Shown: positions 27,347 to 40,900, counted from the first letter of the whole stretch. The stretch is 62,759 bases of DNA, filler included, from Bipalium vagum (GCA_037834085.1; 3 parts of 3 records of this genome joined end to end with filler, not necessarily neighbours in it), one strand, 5' to 3'. Program-made: numbers and translations. Notes: generated by a model not told the origin, from the letters alone.

Positions 27347-27869
27347 TTTAAATAATTGTATGTAAATAATTATAAGCGTTATAAAAACTTCATTGATTCA
27401 GATAAACAATTAATTTTCTATTATGTTTAGAGGTTAATGCAGAAATATATAGAAAATTATTCAAAATATATAGAAAATTTTTCAGAAATATAAAAAAAAA
27501 TTCGATTTTTGTTTTTAATTTGATCACATTTTAATCAGCCAAAAATATCAGCTGCACGGTTGCGGATTTATTATACTTGAGGTGCCTGAAAACTTTTATT
27601 TATGTTAACTATTTAAATCCATTAACTAACATTTTTAAAATTTTTTAATTTAATTTAAAAATACTTAAATAATATAGTAATTATGGTATTATTATATGAA
27701 AAAGATTATTAAAGTAAGACAATTTATATATTTCCATCTATATATGAATTGAAGATAATTTTTTTCGATGAAAGCCAGTGTATCAATTTTTTGTTGGATC
27801 GAAATATTTTAAACAAATCCATAAAATATGTCAATTTTGTTTAAAACCTAAAATGAATAAAGATTTGTG

Positions 27870-28900
27870 AAGATGTACAGATTATAAATGCTACTAGACC
27901 TCTATTATTATGCCCATGTGTAACTGGATTAATTTGAAATCGATCTCCGAAAGAATTGGATCATTCCAAATGATTACAATTGAATGAAAATAGGGAATTC
28001 CATTTAGCATTTCAAAAATTTTCATTAACAACCATATTAAACTGCTCATAGACATGGTTTCCTCCAAAGTTATGGATAAAAAGCTTTACTCTAAAATTCT
28101 TGCAGAACGGAATCAATGGGCGACACGGGATCTCATTAATAGATTATTCGCCGTTGACTGTTCTGTTGTGAGTATATCGGAATTCCAATGAGACAGAATC
28201 AGGCAGAACTTCGATTTTGATAAACGTTTCAATTGGTTTTCCGCATTCTCACACGTCCCAATTACTGGAGTTGGAGTTCAATCCTAAGCAATTGATATCG
28301 CAATAAAAATATTATTCCCGGCTTCCTTTTGGATCTCATCGCTGATGTTCTGAAAATATTTAAGAACAAATCGATCTATTGTTGGCAAGTTTCACATTTC
28401 AACTGAAGCGGTAAAGGAAAGATAATATCTCAGTTTCAGCTGAAAATCATGGGTAATTTAAAATTGGAAAATTTTTTTTACCATTAAGACGGAAATATCG
28501 ATATCAAAATTTTGTCGATAATGGTTGCATTGATTGCCTGTTTCATGTAAGGACAGTTACAAATTTTACATTTTTCAATTGGAAACTTAGAACTAAACAT
28601 TAAAATGACTAAAATGTGAAAACTTTATTGCTTCCAAGATGAGATCGCTTCCCTTTTGTTGCTAATTGTCAATTGATATATAGAGATTTACCGAGTTCTC
28701 CTTTTTTTGAAGATATTTAATTTCGTAATTTAGTGAGATTTTTTTCTGAAGAAAATATTATTTCTGAAAAAAATATTTTTATTATCAACAATCATGAAAT
28801 GTGGCTCTAAAGTGGACCGTATTTCGTTCTCTAAATCTAAAAAATTTTCAAAATTAAATTTACAAATTTATTAAACTTACTTTATATAAACAATAGGTGA
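27870..28900 (-). pseudogene. Deleted, frameshifted exostosin-like 3 (EXTL3/botv-type glycosyltransferase) relic
   Basis: Collinear fragments in shifting frames: coiled-coil-like LQKKISLNYEIKYLQKK; CENAENQLKRLSKSKFCLIL (GT47 SxFCL motif, ~28200-28260); CRPLIPFCKNFRVKAFIHNFGGNHVYEQFNMVV (~28030-28130); LLMKIFEMLNGIPYFHSIVIIWNDP (GT64 start, ~27957-28030). These match EXTL3 GGNxxxEQFTVV...LNGLPYLxxVVVVWN. The LTYERE segment is deleted. Short GT-AG introns at 28880-28837 and 28481-28440. Confidence 0.72.
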
Positions 28901-29378
28901 TCTTCAAATTTTCAGGCACCTAGTTTATATATTAACCATAATTTTAATTAAGAAAATAATACAATAAATACTATTTATATTAAAAAGAATCCAGTTTTAG
29001 AAATTTTATATTTCAAAACAGTAAAATAATATTGTAAAGTTGATCTTTTTCATATCACAATAACTCTGGCTGGGATTGACTGGAAAAAAAACAATCACTT
29101 TCATCTGTTAAAAATATCATTCAGGTTTTACTGTATTGATTTACATGGATTGTTATAAGAACCAACTTTTGTAAACTTAGAATTTTGCTAACTAGTTGTT
29201 AACAGTTAAATTGAGTAGAGTCACCACCCCGATGATCCAAATGATGAATGATGCCAATAGAGACAATGACTCCAAGCTGATCCAAGGTTTCTGATCGTTG
29301 AGTCACAAAATGTACTCACTTGGTGTATTCATTTGTTATTTAATGTATAGGAATGGGAGGAATGAGGTTTAGAACACA

Positions 29379-30696
29379 CAGTCTGTTAAGAAAAAAGTAT
29401 ATACCATGTCATTTTTCATAAAAGTGTGAATAATATTTTATATGCATATTGTGCCTTATATTCGATATAATGAATTGATTTCTATTATTAGGTTATATGT
29501 ATTTCTCACTGTAGATAGTTCATAGTCTATTTAATTTTAAGAAGATTGGCAAATATTTAACAGAATTTATGAAATGGATGGTTGAGTTAAGAGAAGGATG
29601 ATTTTCTTTGCGGGATATTGCCAGAAAATTTATTGTGACATGGTGCAGTTCAAAAAGTTTATGCCAAATTTGTGACAAGTGAAGGTGTGTCTAGAAAACA
29701 AGGAAGGAAAGTAAAGATGACAAGACAGAATGTAAGATGCATAAAAAGTATATATAAGGCAGATGGACGACTTTTCAGTAGAAAACTGTCTAAATAACTG
29801 CAAGATGAGCGCAATATTAACGTTTCACATAGTACGTTTTTAAAGGAATTAAAATCTATTGGCTTAGAAAAGCAAAATACGTTAAAGAAGCCATTATTGA
29901 AGCCATTAAGGAGGCTCGAATCAACTTTTGTCTCAAATATCAACACTACACCGAAAATCAGTGGCGTAACGTAATTTTTTCTGATGAAAAAAAATTTTTA
30001 GTTTATGGTAATAACAGTGGTGTAGATGGAAGAAAGAAAAAAATTATTGGACTCTTGTGTCACATAAACTGAAAAGTTTTCTCCGGGTTCAATGTTTTAG
30101 CATGTTTTTGTGGAAGACGGCCAGGTCTTGTCATTACTATTGAAAATATTATGAATTCTGAAACTTGTATTAGCATTCTAAGAACGCAATTAATTCTAAC
30201 CATCCACAATCTTTCCCCCAATATTACTGATCCAATGTTTTTACAAGACAATGCTAGTTGTCATAAATCCAAGATTACACTGAATTGATTTTTCAATAAT
30301 CACATTGCTGTCATGGATTTACCTCCAAAATCACCGAGTTTGAATCCGATAGAAAACGTGTGATATATCGAATAAAACCGAATGATCTACAAGAGATATG
30401 GAGATTAAAAAAGCTGACTTCAGTGTTTTTTCAGTGATGGACCCAAGAAATTACACCTGATTTATGTGAAAGACTGTCGTCTTCTATGTCAAGTTGCATA
30501 CAGGTAATTCTAGCAGTAAAAGATGGAAATAATAAATACTAAAGCTTAAATCGAATATATTATTATTTCTGTATATTTTCATTCATTGTATTGATGTCTT
30601 TGAAATAAAAGTTTTGCATAAATGTGTCTTATTATTATTAATTTTAGGTCATTCTGGATGAATATCGCGGTGTATATTTTTTTTCTTAACAGACTG
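29379..30696 (+). mobile_element. Full-length degraded Tc1 (DD34E) transposon
   Basis: TIRs CAGTCTGTTAAGAAAAAA..TATA at 29379 and the reverse complement ending 30696 (right flank TA, left flank CA). Internal WRNVIFSDEKK, FLQDNASCHKS and PPKSPSLNPIENV*. Confidence 0.92.
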
Positions 30697-31059
30697 TATA
30701 TGATTCTCTCATTTTTCAGAAAATATTTTAAGACATTTTGGTGAAAAAATGTAATAACAAAAAATTAAAGTGAAATTATCTTGAGTATTTTTTGTGTAGA
30801 ACACATAAGTAAAAAATACTTTTTACCAGTTTTTTTCATTTTTTAAAGTAAAAAAATAAATAAAATAAAAATAATAAATAAATAAAATAAAATAAAAAAT
30901 AAATAAATTTAAAATAAGTTTAAAATTGCTTATAAAATAAGTTTAAGAATGAAGTAGAAATATTTTTTAATGTTTTTTTAAAAAATAAGTAAGCATTTTT
31001 ATTTTCATATTTTTTTATATGTATTTTTACATTTTTTCATATTTTTCTCAAAAAATGGC

Positions 31060-34000
31060 AAATCAAAATATAAATATTGATGATAATACTTTATCGTTTA
31101 AAGGGCATCTTTTTCCAGAGAAGGTATTTCAAGAATTTTGAGTAGATGATTTTCATTCAATCACTTTCACCAATTCTCATCATTATAGAAAAACTAGATC
31201 ACGATTTTTTCAATATAGAATTTTACCAAGTGATACCACTGAAAGAAATATTACAAAATGCTTAAATTTTATTTTAGAAGAAATATCAAATTATAATATT
31301 AAGTTACAGCAATAATAACTACAATTAACACCTTGACATCCTATTATTTATTCAGGTTATGGATGTGTTATTTAACAACTATATAAAATGTTATTAGTTA
31401 TTTGTTTAACAAATTAGAAAATATTTTACAATCAACAAAAGAATTAAATATTAAGAAGGTAATATTTGAATTTTAACTTGTACTAATTCCTCAAGCTGAA
31501 GGAAGAAATTAAAAAATTTATTTTTATTCTACAAATTTAATATTACAAAACTTTGAAAGACAAACTTTTATGTATTTTACATAATATTTAATTTTAATAT
31601 ATTAAAATATCTGATTTTTTACAATCTCAAAAATATTGTCATAAATGTTTAAAAGAATTTCAAAATCAACATTCTTGCAAAACAGATAATATAACTACTT
31701 ATCGAAGTTCTAGAGTATGTCAAGATTGTGGTGAAGAATATTTTAGCTATTATCAACATAAATGTAATTTTAAAAATTTTAAAATTTGTAATGAATCTTA
31801 TGAACCTTTCAATTAGGATAAATTTTATATGAAAAATAATGGGAATAAATTTAAACAAAGTAATAAATATACAATGCTGTCCAAATGTTTTTGGCCGCCT
31901 TGTAAAAATAGTTTAGTAGATTATGGTTTAAATTAGAATTTTTATGATTTAAAGTACTTTAATTTAGATACGTGCCGATGTGAGCTTTATATTTCATAAA
32001 GAATTATTACAAATAAATGTTTTATAATTTTAAAACACATTTTTTATCATAAGGCGTTTTTTTAATTTTGATGTTATTTAAATATATAAACTGTTTTAAG
32101 GACTAAATTAATCTTTTAATTAAAATTTACATCTACAACATTTTACTAATGGTTAAGTAATAATTTTTTTAATTTTAGAAATTCTTTTGTTAAAGAAGGC
32201 TAAGATATCAATAAATATAGGTAACTAGTCATTAAAATATTGAAAGAAAGGAAAGTTTCAAATGAACTCAATATTTCAAGGAGTGCTGTTATTATACGTT
32301 ATTATACGAAAGCTACAACAACATGGAATAATGGAAAACTTATGTAAAAGTAGTAGAAGCCGAAAAACACAGAAAGATCATTTATTCACATGTCAATGAA
32401 AAATCCCCAGAAAACAGCACGTGCGTTTTATCGATTAGAAATCAAGGCAAACTTCCTCAGTTAGTATTGTGAAGCGCATTCTAAGATAAAATGGCTTTTT
32501 CGGACGAATTACATCGAATAAACCATATTTAAATGAGCGAACTGCTTTATTCTTTTTGAAATGAGGCGGTTTTTACTAATGAAAGCCGGATAGAACTGTT
32601 CTCAAGAAGAAGGAAATACGTCCACAGACCGCAAGAATCCAGGTATCATTCAAAATATACCACGAAAACTGTTAAATTTTGAGGAAAGAGTTTGATGGTA
32701 AGGGAGCGCAATCAAAGAAGATGGTACCAGAGTTCTCATAAGGTGTATAATTCTGAAGCCTACCGTGATGTATTGAAGAAAGGGTCCGTGTCTATATATG
32801 AGACATAATATACTTCAACAAGACTATTATTTTCCATGCCATCAGAAAAGATTGGTGACTTCATTTTTAGAAAAGTCCAAGTTATGCTTACTGAGTGATT
32901 GGCCGACTCAATCACAAGATCTGATTATAATTGAGCCATTGTGGGTCGATCTGAAAGTCAGAGTTGCTATGTGTATACCAGCAAATATTAAGTCACTGTG
33001 GAAGTTTAAACAAGAAAAATGTGAACATGATGTATAAAAATTATTTTCAATCATATGTGAACATTAATATGAAATATAAATAAGAAGTTATAAATGTAAA
33101 TATCATTCTAAAAGCTGTTCTTATTTTTTAAAAAAATATTGCAATCACGATTGTGAAAATGTGAGCGACTATAATATTAAAATTCCATTTGTAACAGAAA
33201 ATATTGTATTTGACTTATATAGTGATAAAGTTCAATTTAATACAGGATTAAGATTTATTGCTAAAAATTGTTTGAACAGTTTATGGGGACATTTTCGAAT
33301 GAGACTTAATTTTGGAAAAAGATTCTTATATTTATAATTATGATAACATGTGTAAAATCACCTTTGATGATAAATATAAAGAACCAACTCAAACTATTTT
33401 AAATGAAGAAGTTTGTTTAATTAGATGTTTAAAAATGAATGGAATAAACATGATAAAACAATAAATATTTATATAGCTTTTTATATAGAACTACTCATTC
33501 CAGATTAAGATTATATGATTTATTAGATAGTTTAAGTGAAAGAGTTGCGATATTAGAATTATAAATTAACTTAATTTTAGAGTTTTTATATAAATATGGA
33601 ATTAATTCAAAATCAATTTTTGATTTAATAGATATTGTTGAAGATTTTTAAATGTTTTTTAAAGTTTTAATATGAGATGAACTTAAAGAAAAACATATTA
33701 AACCAGAAATACCATTAATTATTAATTATAAAATTTTAAATCAAAAAGGAATTCAATGGGTTGGAGATTATGAAAATATTTATTTTGATTCTTATGCATA
33801 ATACCTTTTGATAAATTATAATTTTTTGTTAAACCATATAATAAATTTGATTTTCAGTATAAAATTGACTTATCTTATTGTGGACAGTTAATTTTATCTT
33901 ATATTGAAATTTTTAAATGATAATAAAAGGAATATCTTTTATCTTAGGCAATCATTTGAGAATATTTATACAGAGATAGAAGACTATAAAATTATAAAAA

Positions 34001-36440
34001 ATGAAAGCAGAAATGAAAATGAAAATTGAGTATAATCAATTTCCTTATCAAGATGAAGAAGAAGAAAATAAAGTAATTACTTATAAATTAATTTTATTAA
34101 AGATGATACAACTTTACAGTTTGGAACTTTATCACTTAAATCAGAAAATAATTTTTTAAATGTTATAGGTGATAAGATGGAAGGAATTATAAATATGAAT
34201 AATAATAAAATAATAAGTTTATCCGATCCAATAAGTGATAATGATGTTGTAGATTTAGAATACATGAAGCAATGTTTAAAACAAGTTAGAATCTATTTAT
34301 TAAATGAAATTAGTGTAAGTAGAATGGTAAGTAGAAAAAAAATTTCTCTTGTATTTAACATTCAAAAACAACTAAAAATATTTGAAGAAAAAAATAGAAC
34401 ATTAACTAAAATCACTGTAGATACAATGGATTTTTTACTTTGCGAGAAAAATGAATTCTCAATAATATTTCTTGCAATAGAAAAAATAAAATAGAAAATT
34501 TTATAAATAAAATAAGTTTCAGAAGATTTTTAGAAATATTATAAAAATTAAAATAACTTTAATAGATTCAAATTATTAGTTGGGAAGAATTTGGCAAGAA
34601 TTTTGAGAGTTGGTACTGCAATTATGACAGGAATACCAACATTTGGAACTATTTTATTAATATATGTTCCTCTTCCAACATCAATTTTTGAAGCTGTAAA
34701 TTTATTTATTGGAGAAATAATAATTATATGAATTACTTCTAAAAAGGAAAGAATATATAGAGAAATTTGTGAAACCATAGAAACATCAATTAGTAAACCT
34801 TATATATTTTAATTAAAAGCATTAGAAGATAAAATATTATCTAATAAAGAAATTGAGCAAGCTAAAATAATAATTCCAGAATGTAAAGAAAATATTTTTA
34901 AAAAATATAAGAAGGAAAAGTAAATGAAAAATTAAATAAATAAGTTTAAAAAGAGTAGACACAAAAGTTAAAACAGAGTATAGAGAAAAAGATAAAAACG
35001 ATGCAAAGCATCTAGAATATCTTTGGTGTTCAATTTATAAAGAATATTACTTTTTTTTTAAAAATGAGTGAATTATATTATAAGATTTATTTTGAATTAA
35101 AAAAAATTTTATATTTATATTTATTCAGAATTAGAAAATATTGAAATTTATTCTCTTCAAGATATTTATGAATTTTTATAAATAGAATACTGAGTTTCCA
35201 TGGGAAAATTAAAAAATTAAAATTTTATATAATACATTTTTATTTTAAAAAAGCACGAACATAGTTCTCAAAGCCTATAGCTTTAAACGGATCCAGAAGA
35301 AAATTCTAATGATATTAAAAAAAGAATTGAATTATTAAAAAAAAATTAATAGCTACAAAAAAAATTTGAAACTAATTTATTAAATCAATTGAAAGTCGAA
35401 AGAGAATTATTAACAGATTTAGATACATTTCATAAACCTGTTGTAGATAAATTAGTGACCGTAGACAACAAACGCGTTAATACAGGTAATTAAGTAAATA
35501 GTGAACTAATTTAAAAAATAAAAGATGATAAATTATCAACATAAATATTTGGTACAAAAAGAGAATCCACCAAAATATGAATTTTCAAATTTAAACCTAA
35601 ATGAGAACAATTTAACAATAACAATAAAACCAAAACTTGTTGGAAATATAATGATATTAAATAAAGTTGTACATGAAATAATAGTTGGTAATGATGAAAT
35701 AAACCTTAAAAAAAGAAAATGAAAAAAATCTTTTAACAAATGATCTTAGATCAATGTTGGAAGATAAGAGATCTTAAAAAATATAAACTAGAAGAGAAAA
35801 ATTATTTAGATTTAATTCATGGTGTATAAGGAAAAGGAAAACATATTAAACTTTAAGAAGAACAAAAGTTAAAAAAAAAGGTTTACAGATTTAAAAATCT
35901 AAATATACATTTGATCAATTTGTAACTTTGAAAAAATATTTATCTGCGAAAACCTGGATATGAACAATCTTGATCATTTAATTTAATAAATATTAATTAA
36001 ATTAAAAAGGCAAAATAAGATTACAGAAAAAATTATAATAAATACGAATGAAGTTATCATTAGATGAAGTCTAATAAAAGGCTAAATTTAATTTGATATA
36101 AATTTTTATAAAACATAATAAAAAATAAATGAAAAAATGGTTGCAAAAAATATCAAAACTTTTTTCTGAAAAATTTTCAACAAAATTTATGATACACTCT
36201 AAAACACTAGATATAATTCTTAAATTAAACCCTCCTTTACAGCTTGATAAAAACTTAAATTATGAAATAGGTTTAGTTTATTTATCAATTTATAATATTA
36301 ATAAAAATAATAATAAATAAATATAGAAATAACAAGTAAAGATATTATGATGAATCCTGATAGATTTCCTAATGGGTTTGTAAAAATTAATTTTTTATCT
36401 CCTGGTGCATATGAAATTTTTGAAAATATCTAAAGTTAAG
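31060..36440 (+). mobile_element. Polinton/Maverick (adintovirus-like) remnant: pPolB, cysteine protease, unknown ORFs and minor capsid/penton-like gene
   Basis: Cys/His-rich CHKCLKEF..HSC..VCQDCG (~31637-31790). pPolB motif B DKVQFNTGLRFIAKNCLNSLWGHF (~33224-33295) and SRLRLYDLLDSL. Adenain-like GIQWVG...IYFDSY...SYCG (~33748-33883). GDKMEGIINMNNNKIISLSDPISDNDVV (~34168). PPLQLDKNLNYEIGLVYLSIYN and SPGAYEI (penton-like, 36230-36420). All decayed. Confidence 0.78.
31872..33040 (+). mobile_element. Tc1 (DD34E) remnant inserted in the Polinton polB
   Basis: TA followed by a TIR-like CAATGCTGTCCAAATGTTTTTGGCC at 31872. Internal FTNESRIELF, ILQQD..PCH and DWPTQSQDLIIIEPLW. Right TIR not found. 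Confidence 0.8.
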
Positions 36441-36499
36441 AAATAGTTTTATGATAAAAGATTAAAGCCACTTATTGAAAAATAGACCACGTGTTCTAA

Positions 36500-36790
36500 A
36501 GGGAAAACCGTTGATTCTTATTATATAAAATTAAAACCAAATCCAATTTCCATAACTTTCCATAACGTGAATATCTTTGTCTTTTAGCCATCGTAAACTT
36601 GAGCGTGCAACATGGCATGGACAATTATTTTGCTGAAACACAGGATTTAGTCCGCCGAATTTATCGATAAATGGAAGGAGATTGTTTTTTAGGTGTTTCT
36701 GATACTCACATTGCTTTTGATTACCAGAAACAATGGCTAAACTCGACTTTCCATTGAAATTGAAACAGTCCCATATCATAAAGGACCAAC
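36500..36790 (-). mobile_element. Tc1/Tc3-like transposase catalytic fragment
   Basis: ORF 36531-36779: MIWDCFNFNG..YQKHLKNNLLPF..VFQQNNCPCHVARSSLRWL. Confidence 0.8.
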
Positions 36791-36809
36791 AATTTTTTTA
36801 AGGAACTAT

Positions 36810-36930
36810 AATTTTTCTTAACCCCTTGATGCCAACTTTTTAAAACCCGTTGACGACAAGATTTTTTTACCCATTGTATGTTTTTTCCTAACCCATTGAT
36901 GACAATGTTTTTAACCCTTTACATTTGACA
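36810..36930. repeat. Degenerate ~22-26-bp tandem array (T-run, AACCCNTTGATGACAA), about 5 copies
   Basis: Cores aaccccttgatgccaa, aacccgttgacgacaa, tacccattgtatg, aacccattgatgacaa and aaccctttacatttgacaa, separated by T runs. Confidence 0.7.
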
Positions 36931-37167
36931 AGTATTTTATCTAACCTAAGTTGGCTAAAAAGTAAAAATGGTCCAAAATTTAATAAAATCCTGGCCATAC
37001 TTTTAAATTATCTTGTTTAAAAGTTTAATCTACTTAAATAAAAATCTTCCTGATAAATCAACACATCTACTTGTTTAATAACTATCAAAATCCTTCATAA
37101 AAATTTATTTTCTGTCATAAGTGTTGATATAGCTGTACGACTATTTCTTTATATGATATAAAATGTA

Positions 37168-38524
37168 TTATGAGTACAAATAAATAATGCAGATTTTTTA
37201 ATAACCAATGCATGGAAATTTCGAAACAAAAATAAAAAATAATTTATTCAAAATAATGGTCATTGTTATCCACAGATTTCTTTAACCTTTCAGTTAATTT
37301 ATGAATGCCATACCAATAGCACTTTTCTTGTTTCAAGGCAAATTATCCAGAGACCAAAATTTGGACATCTTGCTCAGCATGACCATATGCCATTGAACCA
37401 AACAGGTGAAAAGCTGTAGGAGCAAGATCTGGTGAATATGGCGGGTGAATGAGTACTCCCCATTTTATATCTTTTGACATGTTACTGCTTTAGAAGTGTG
37501 AGGCGTTGTAGAAGAATTTTCATGTAGAAGAATTACTTTACCACGTTTATTGACCCATTCTGGACGTTTAACGATAGTTAACAATACATTTTTTCTCCAG
37601 AATACCATCCTGTCAACGAGGTAGAACATGATATGCAAGTTATGTGAGGCGCCCCACTACTCTCCTACTTTACATCTAAAATATACGTTATAAATATGTC
37701 TAATTTCGCTTGTTAGGTTTTTCCTGCACTGCTGTGGTGAAAAAACCTCAAATATAACAAAAATTGTAAGATTTTTTCTTGTAGTTTCTTGGGATTTTCA
37801 ATTAATAAATAACATTTAAACAAATCTATTAAGTTTTTGGTATTTTATGACTTTATTTATTTTAATTTTTTTATGATCTAAAAGTGCCACTTTAATAATT
37901 TATATATCAAAATTCATGATTTTAAAAGTACTTTCAGAAAAATATCGATGTATCTCCGATACAAAAATGCCGTAGGATTGTGCTATTAAAGACTGATTCA
38001 GCTGAGCTATTTGGTTGTGGTATCTCTCCGAATTGACACTTTCACCTGGTTTGAGCAGCTCATCATACAACACGCCTTACTGATCTTACCAGAAGCTGTT
38101 TGTTTTCTTTCCGAAGCATTTTGGCCTTATAGTTTGTGTGATGGTTGACCTTGGTTAATCCATGCTACGATCTAGGCGTTCTTCATCCTTTGCACTGAAA
38201 TCATTACTTCTGAAGTAGTGAACACAACGCTCGTATTTGTTCTGAGATACTACATTTTTTCAACATACATCCCATAATATCCTGCAGCTTTCTGTGGAAG
38301 TTTTGTTCACCATGAAGTAATGAATGAGAACTTCCACCAAGTGTTCTTTGCTTGGCGTAAATGTTGTCATATTTAGATCTAAAAATTTTGAAATTATTAA
38401 CATAAGAAAATGTAAATGATTAATTAGATATTATTCAAACAAATTGATTTATATTTCAATTCACAATTGTATTTCGATATCTCACTAAATCTATTTTTTA
38501 AAAAATATTTATTTGTACCCTTTA
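37168..38524 (-). mobile_element. Mos1-like mariner element, internally rearranged
   Basis: Degenerate TIRs (..GTACAAATAAATA at ~37174; TATTTATTTGTAC at ~38506). N-terminus MTTFTPSKEHLVEVLIHYFMVNKTSTESCRIL (ATG 38370) and C-terminal VLIHPPYSPDLAPTAFHLFGSM. Confidence 0.85.
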
Positions 38525-40900
38525 TATTTTGTAATTAATAATATAGATTTACCACCTTAAATGATCTGAATCGATTTTTTTCTATAATTTCGCTCTGTCT
38601 TAGCCGTCACTGGGTCTTCGATTCGAACAATTTGTTAAGTTCCTAAAAGGATGGTTGATTGAATAAAAACTAATCTCGGGCTTTTAGGTCTATGCTATCA
38701 GAAGGATTTACGGATGAATCGTTGAAACACTTCAACAGTAACTGTCACAATAAAAATCGATCAAAAATAAAACTAAAAGAACACAAATTTTATAACAAAA
38801 TCTTTATTGAAAATTTCTATGACAAAAATTGAATTACAGGGATTAACGAGATTTAGAACTGATTTATCAGAATCTTTAAACACAAGCTTAGCCCTCAGGA
38901 AGTTTACCAGCTAGCGGCTGTGTAAACTTTAAACAAAATAGGAAAAATGGAAAAACAAGAAAATGATTATTTAATCAGCGGTGAAGCACCGAGAATTATT
39001 TTCAAGGAACAAATTAATTAAAAGCTTACGTCAATTGGTAAGGATTGCGCAAACTGTATGTGATGAGTTATTTAAAATTAAAACAAGATTCTATGCTTCT
39101 GTACTCACAGAGATTTGAATCGTGATAATAGTAAAATTTATAATAATAATAATAACAACAACAAAAATAGTTAACAATTTACTTTCTTTTGTGCTATTAC
39201 ACTTCTTATTAGATCCTCCAAACTGTTGAATTCCTGGTTACTGTTCTGTATTTTCGTGTTTAACGACACTGCTTAAATATTACAATTTTTGACGACTTTA
39301 TATATTGAAATTCGCACTTGCACTTTGATTGCTTTTCTGCTATTGGAATTTTTGTAATGATGATCTGTTGCCTTTCAATTATTAGTCGGCTTTTTCCAAT
39401 GTTCACTCTAATGTATTCCTTGCGATGCTTTAATGCAATTATTGCTTGCGTTCTTTTTCGTCGTCCTAATGTTCTTTGTTGAGTCCTTTTATATTATTTA
39501 TTTTTTATACATTTTTATTTTTAGTAGTATTTGATTTCCTTTTTTTAGAAATTATTATATTTTTATTTATCTAAAAACTATTTTTAGCAACCTGTATAAT
39601 TTTATTTGTATTTTTTTCTAATTTTATTAATTATTAATATCTATTATTATATTTCCTTATTTATTGTTTTTCTGATTACTAATAATTGTAATAATAATAA
39701 TTCTTTAAGAGAGTTCTCCGATAATCAGACATAAATCTTTTACACGAATATCAACTCAAAAATAAAATCAAAATGTTTAACTTTAAAGGGTTTATCAACC
39801 AAAAATCACAACAAAATGGGATATAAGAAATGTTAGATAAATGTCTATTGTGGGATGCTCCACAAATTCGCATCTATTTGAATTAAATGCGCAATTTCCT
39901 GATAGAAAAATTATATACCTGTTCTACTGCCCTTCAAAAATTACTCATTTAAACAAGACTTCTGGAACTTTTGACTTTTTATTAAAAATTTTAGAAGATA
40001 TAAATATTATAACTAATTTAGTAAATTGAAAATCTATTGAAATGTTTAATATTTGGAGTTCTGACAGAAATAGAATATCAGAGATATAAAATCCAAGGAA
40101 ATGGTAAGACAAAAAGAATGTTTAAAGTTTGAGAAAGATTATAATCATTTAAGCTAAGTTGTAAAACGGACAAAAGAAACAAAAAGTTTTAAAAGGTTAT
40201 TTTTCTAATTACGAGCTCGTTTTTTTAAAAAAACTTGAAAATTATAATTGATTTCATAATATGGAACGTAATGATAAAGCGAAGCTTCCTTAATTTTATA
40301 GTAGTACTATAAAAATGCAGTAAATCATCAATTGTCTCAGCATATATTTAAAAATTTCCTTAATTCAATTAAGTAAAAACATTGAAAAATTAATTTTGGG
40401 TCAATTTTTTGTCGTAATACTGGATTTTATTACAAAACAATAATTTACTTCTGTTATTTAGACATTTATATTAGATGTATACCTTTTTCCAAAAGTAAGC
40501 TAACTTTGCAAGTCGTAATAAAATGAAAATGAAAACATACATAAATTCAACATCTCATCGAGTTATATTATATTTTCTTCAAATTCATCTGGAAATAGTT
40601 TATTATCACAATCAAAATACTAAAATTGTTAAGAACTTGCAATAAAAATAATAATCAATGAAATTTTTAGTACAGTATAACTATTTTTATAATGGCAACT
40701 TTCATTTGTTCAAATTAACCATTAAAATCAATATTTTATATATTATGAAACAAATAATAAAGCTTCAGCAAATCTAGGCAAAGTAGATCCTCATTTATGC
40801 TAGAACGAGTTAGAACTAATTCAATATATACCATAAGGGAACAGGAAATGTTGTAGCATACAAGTGAAAAAATCGATACATAAATGAGCGCACAATTCTT

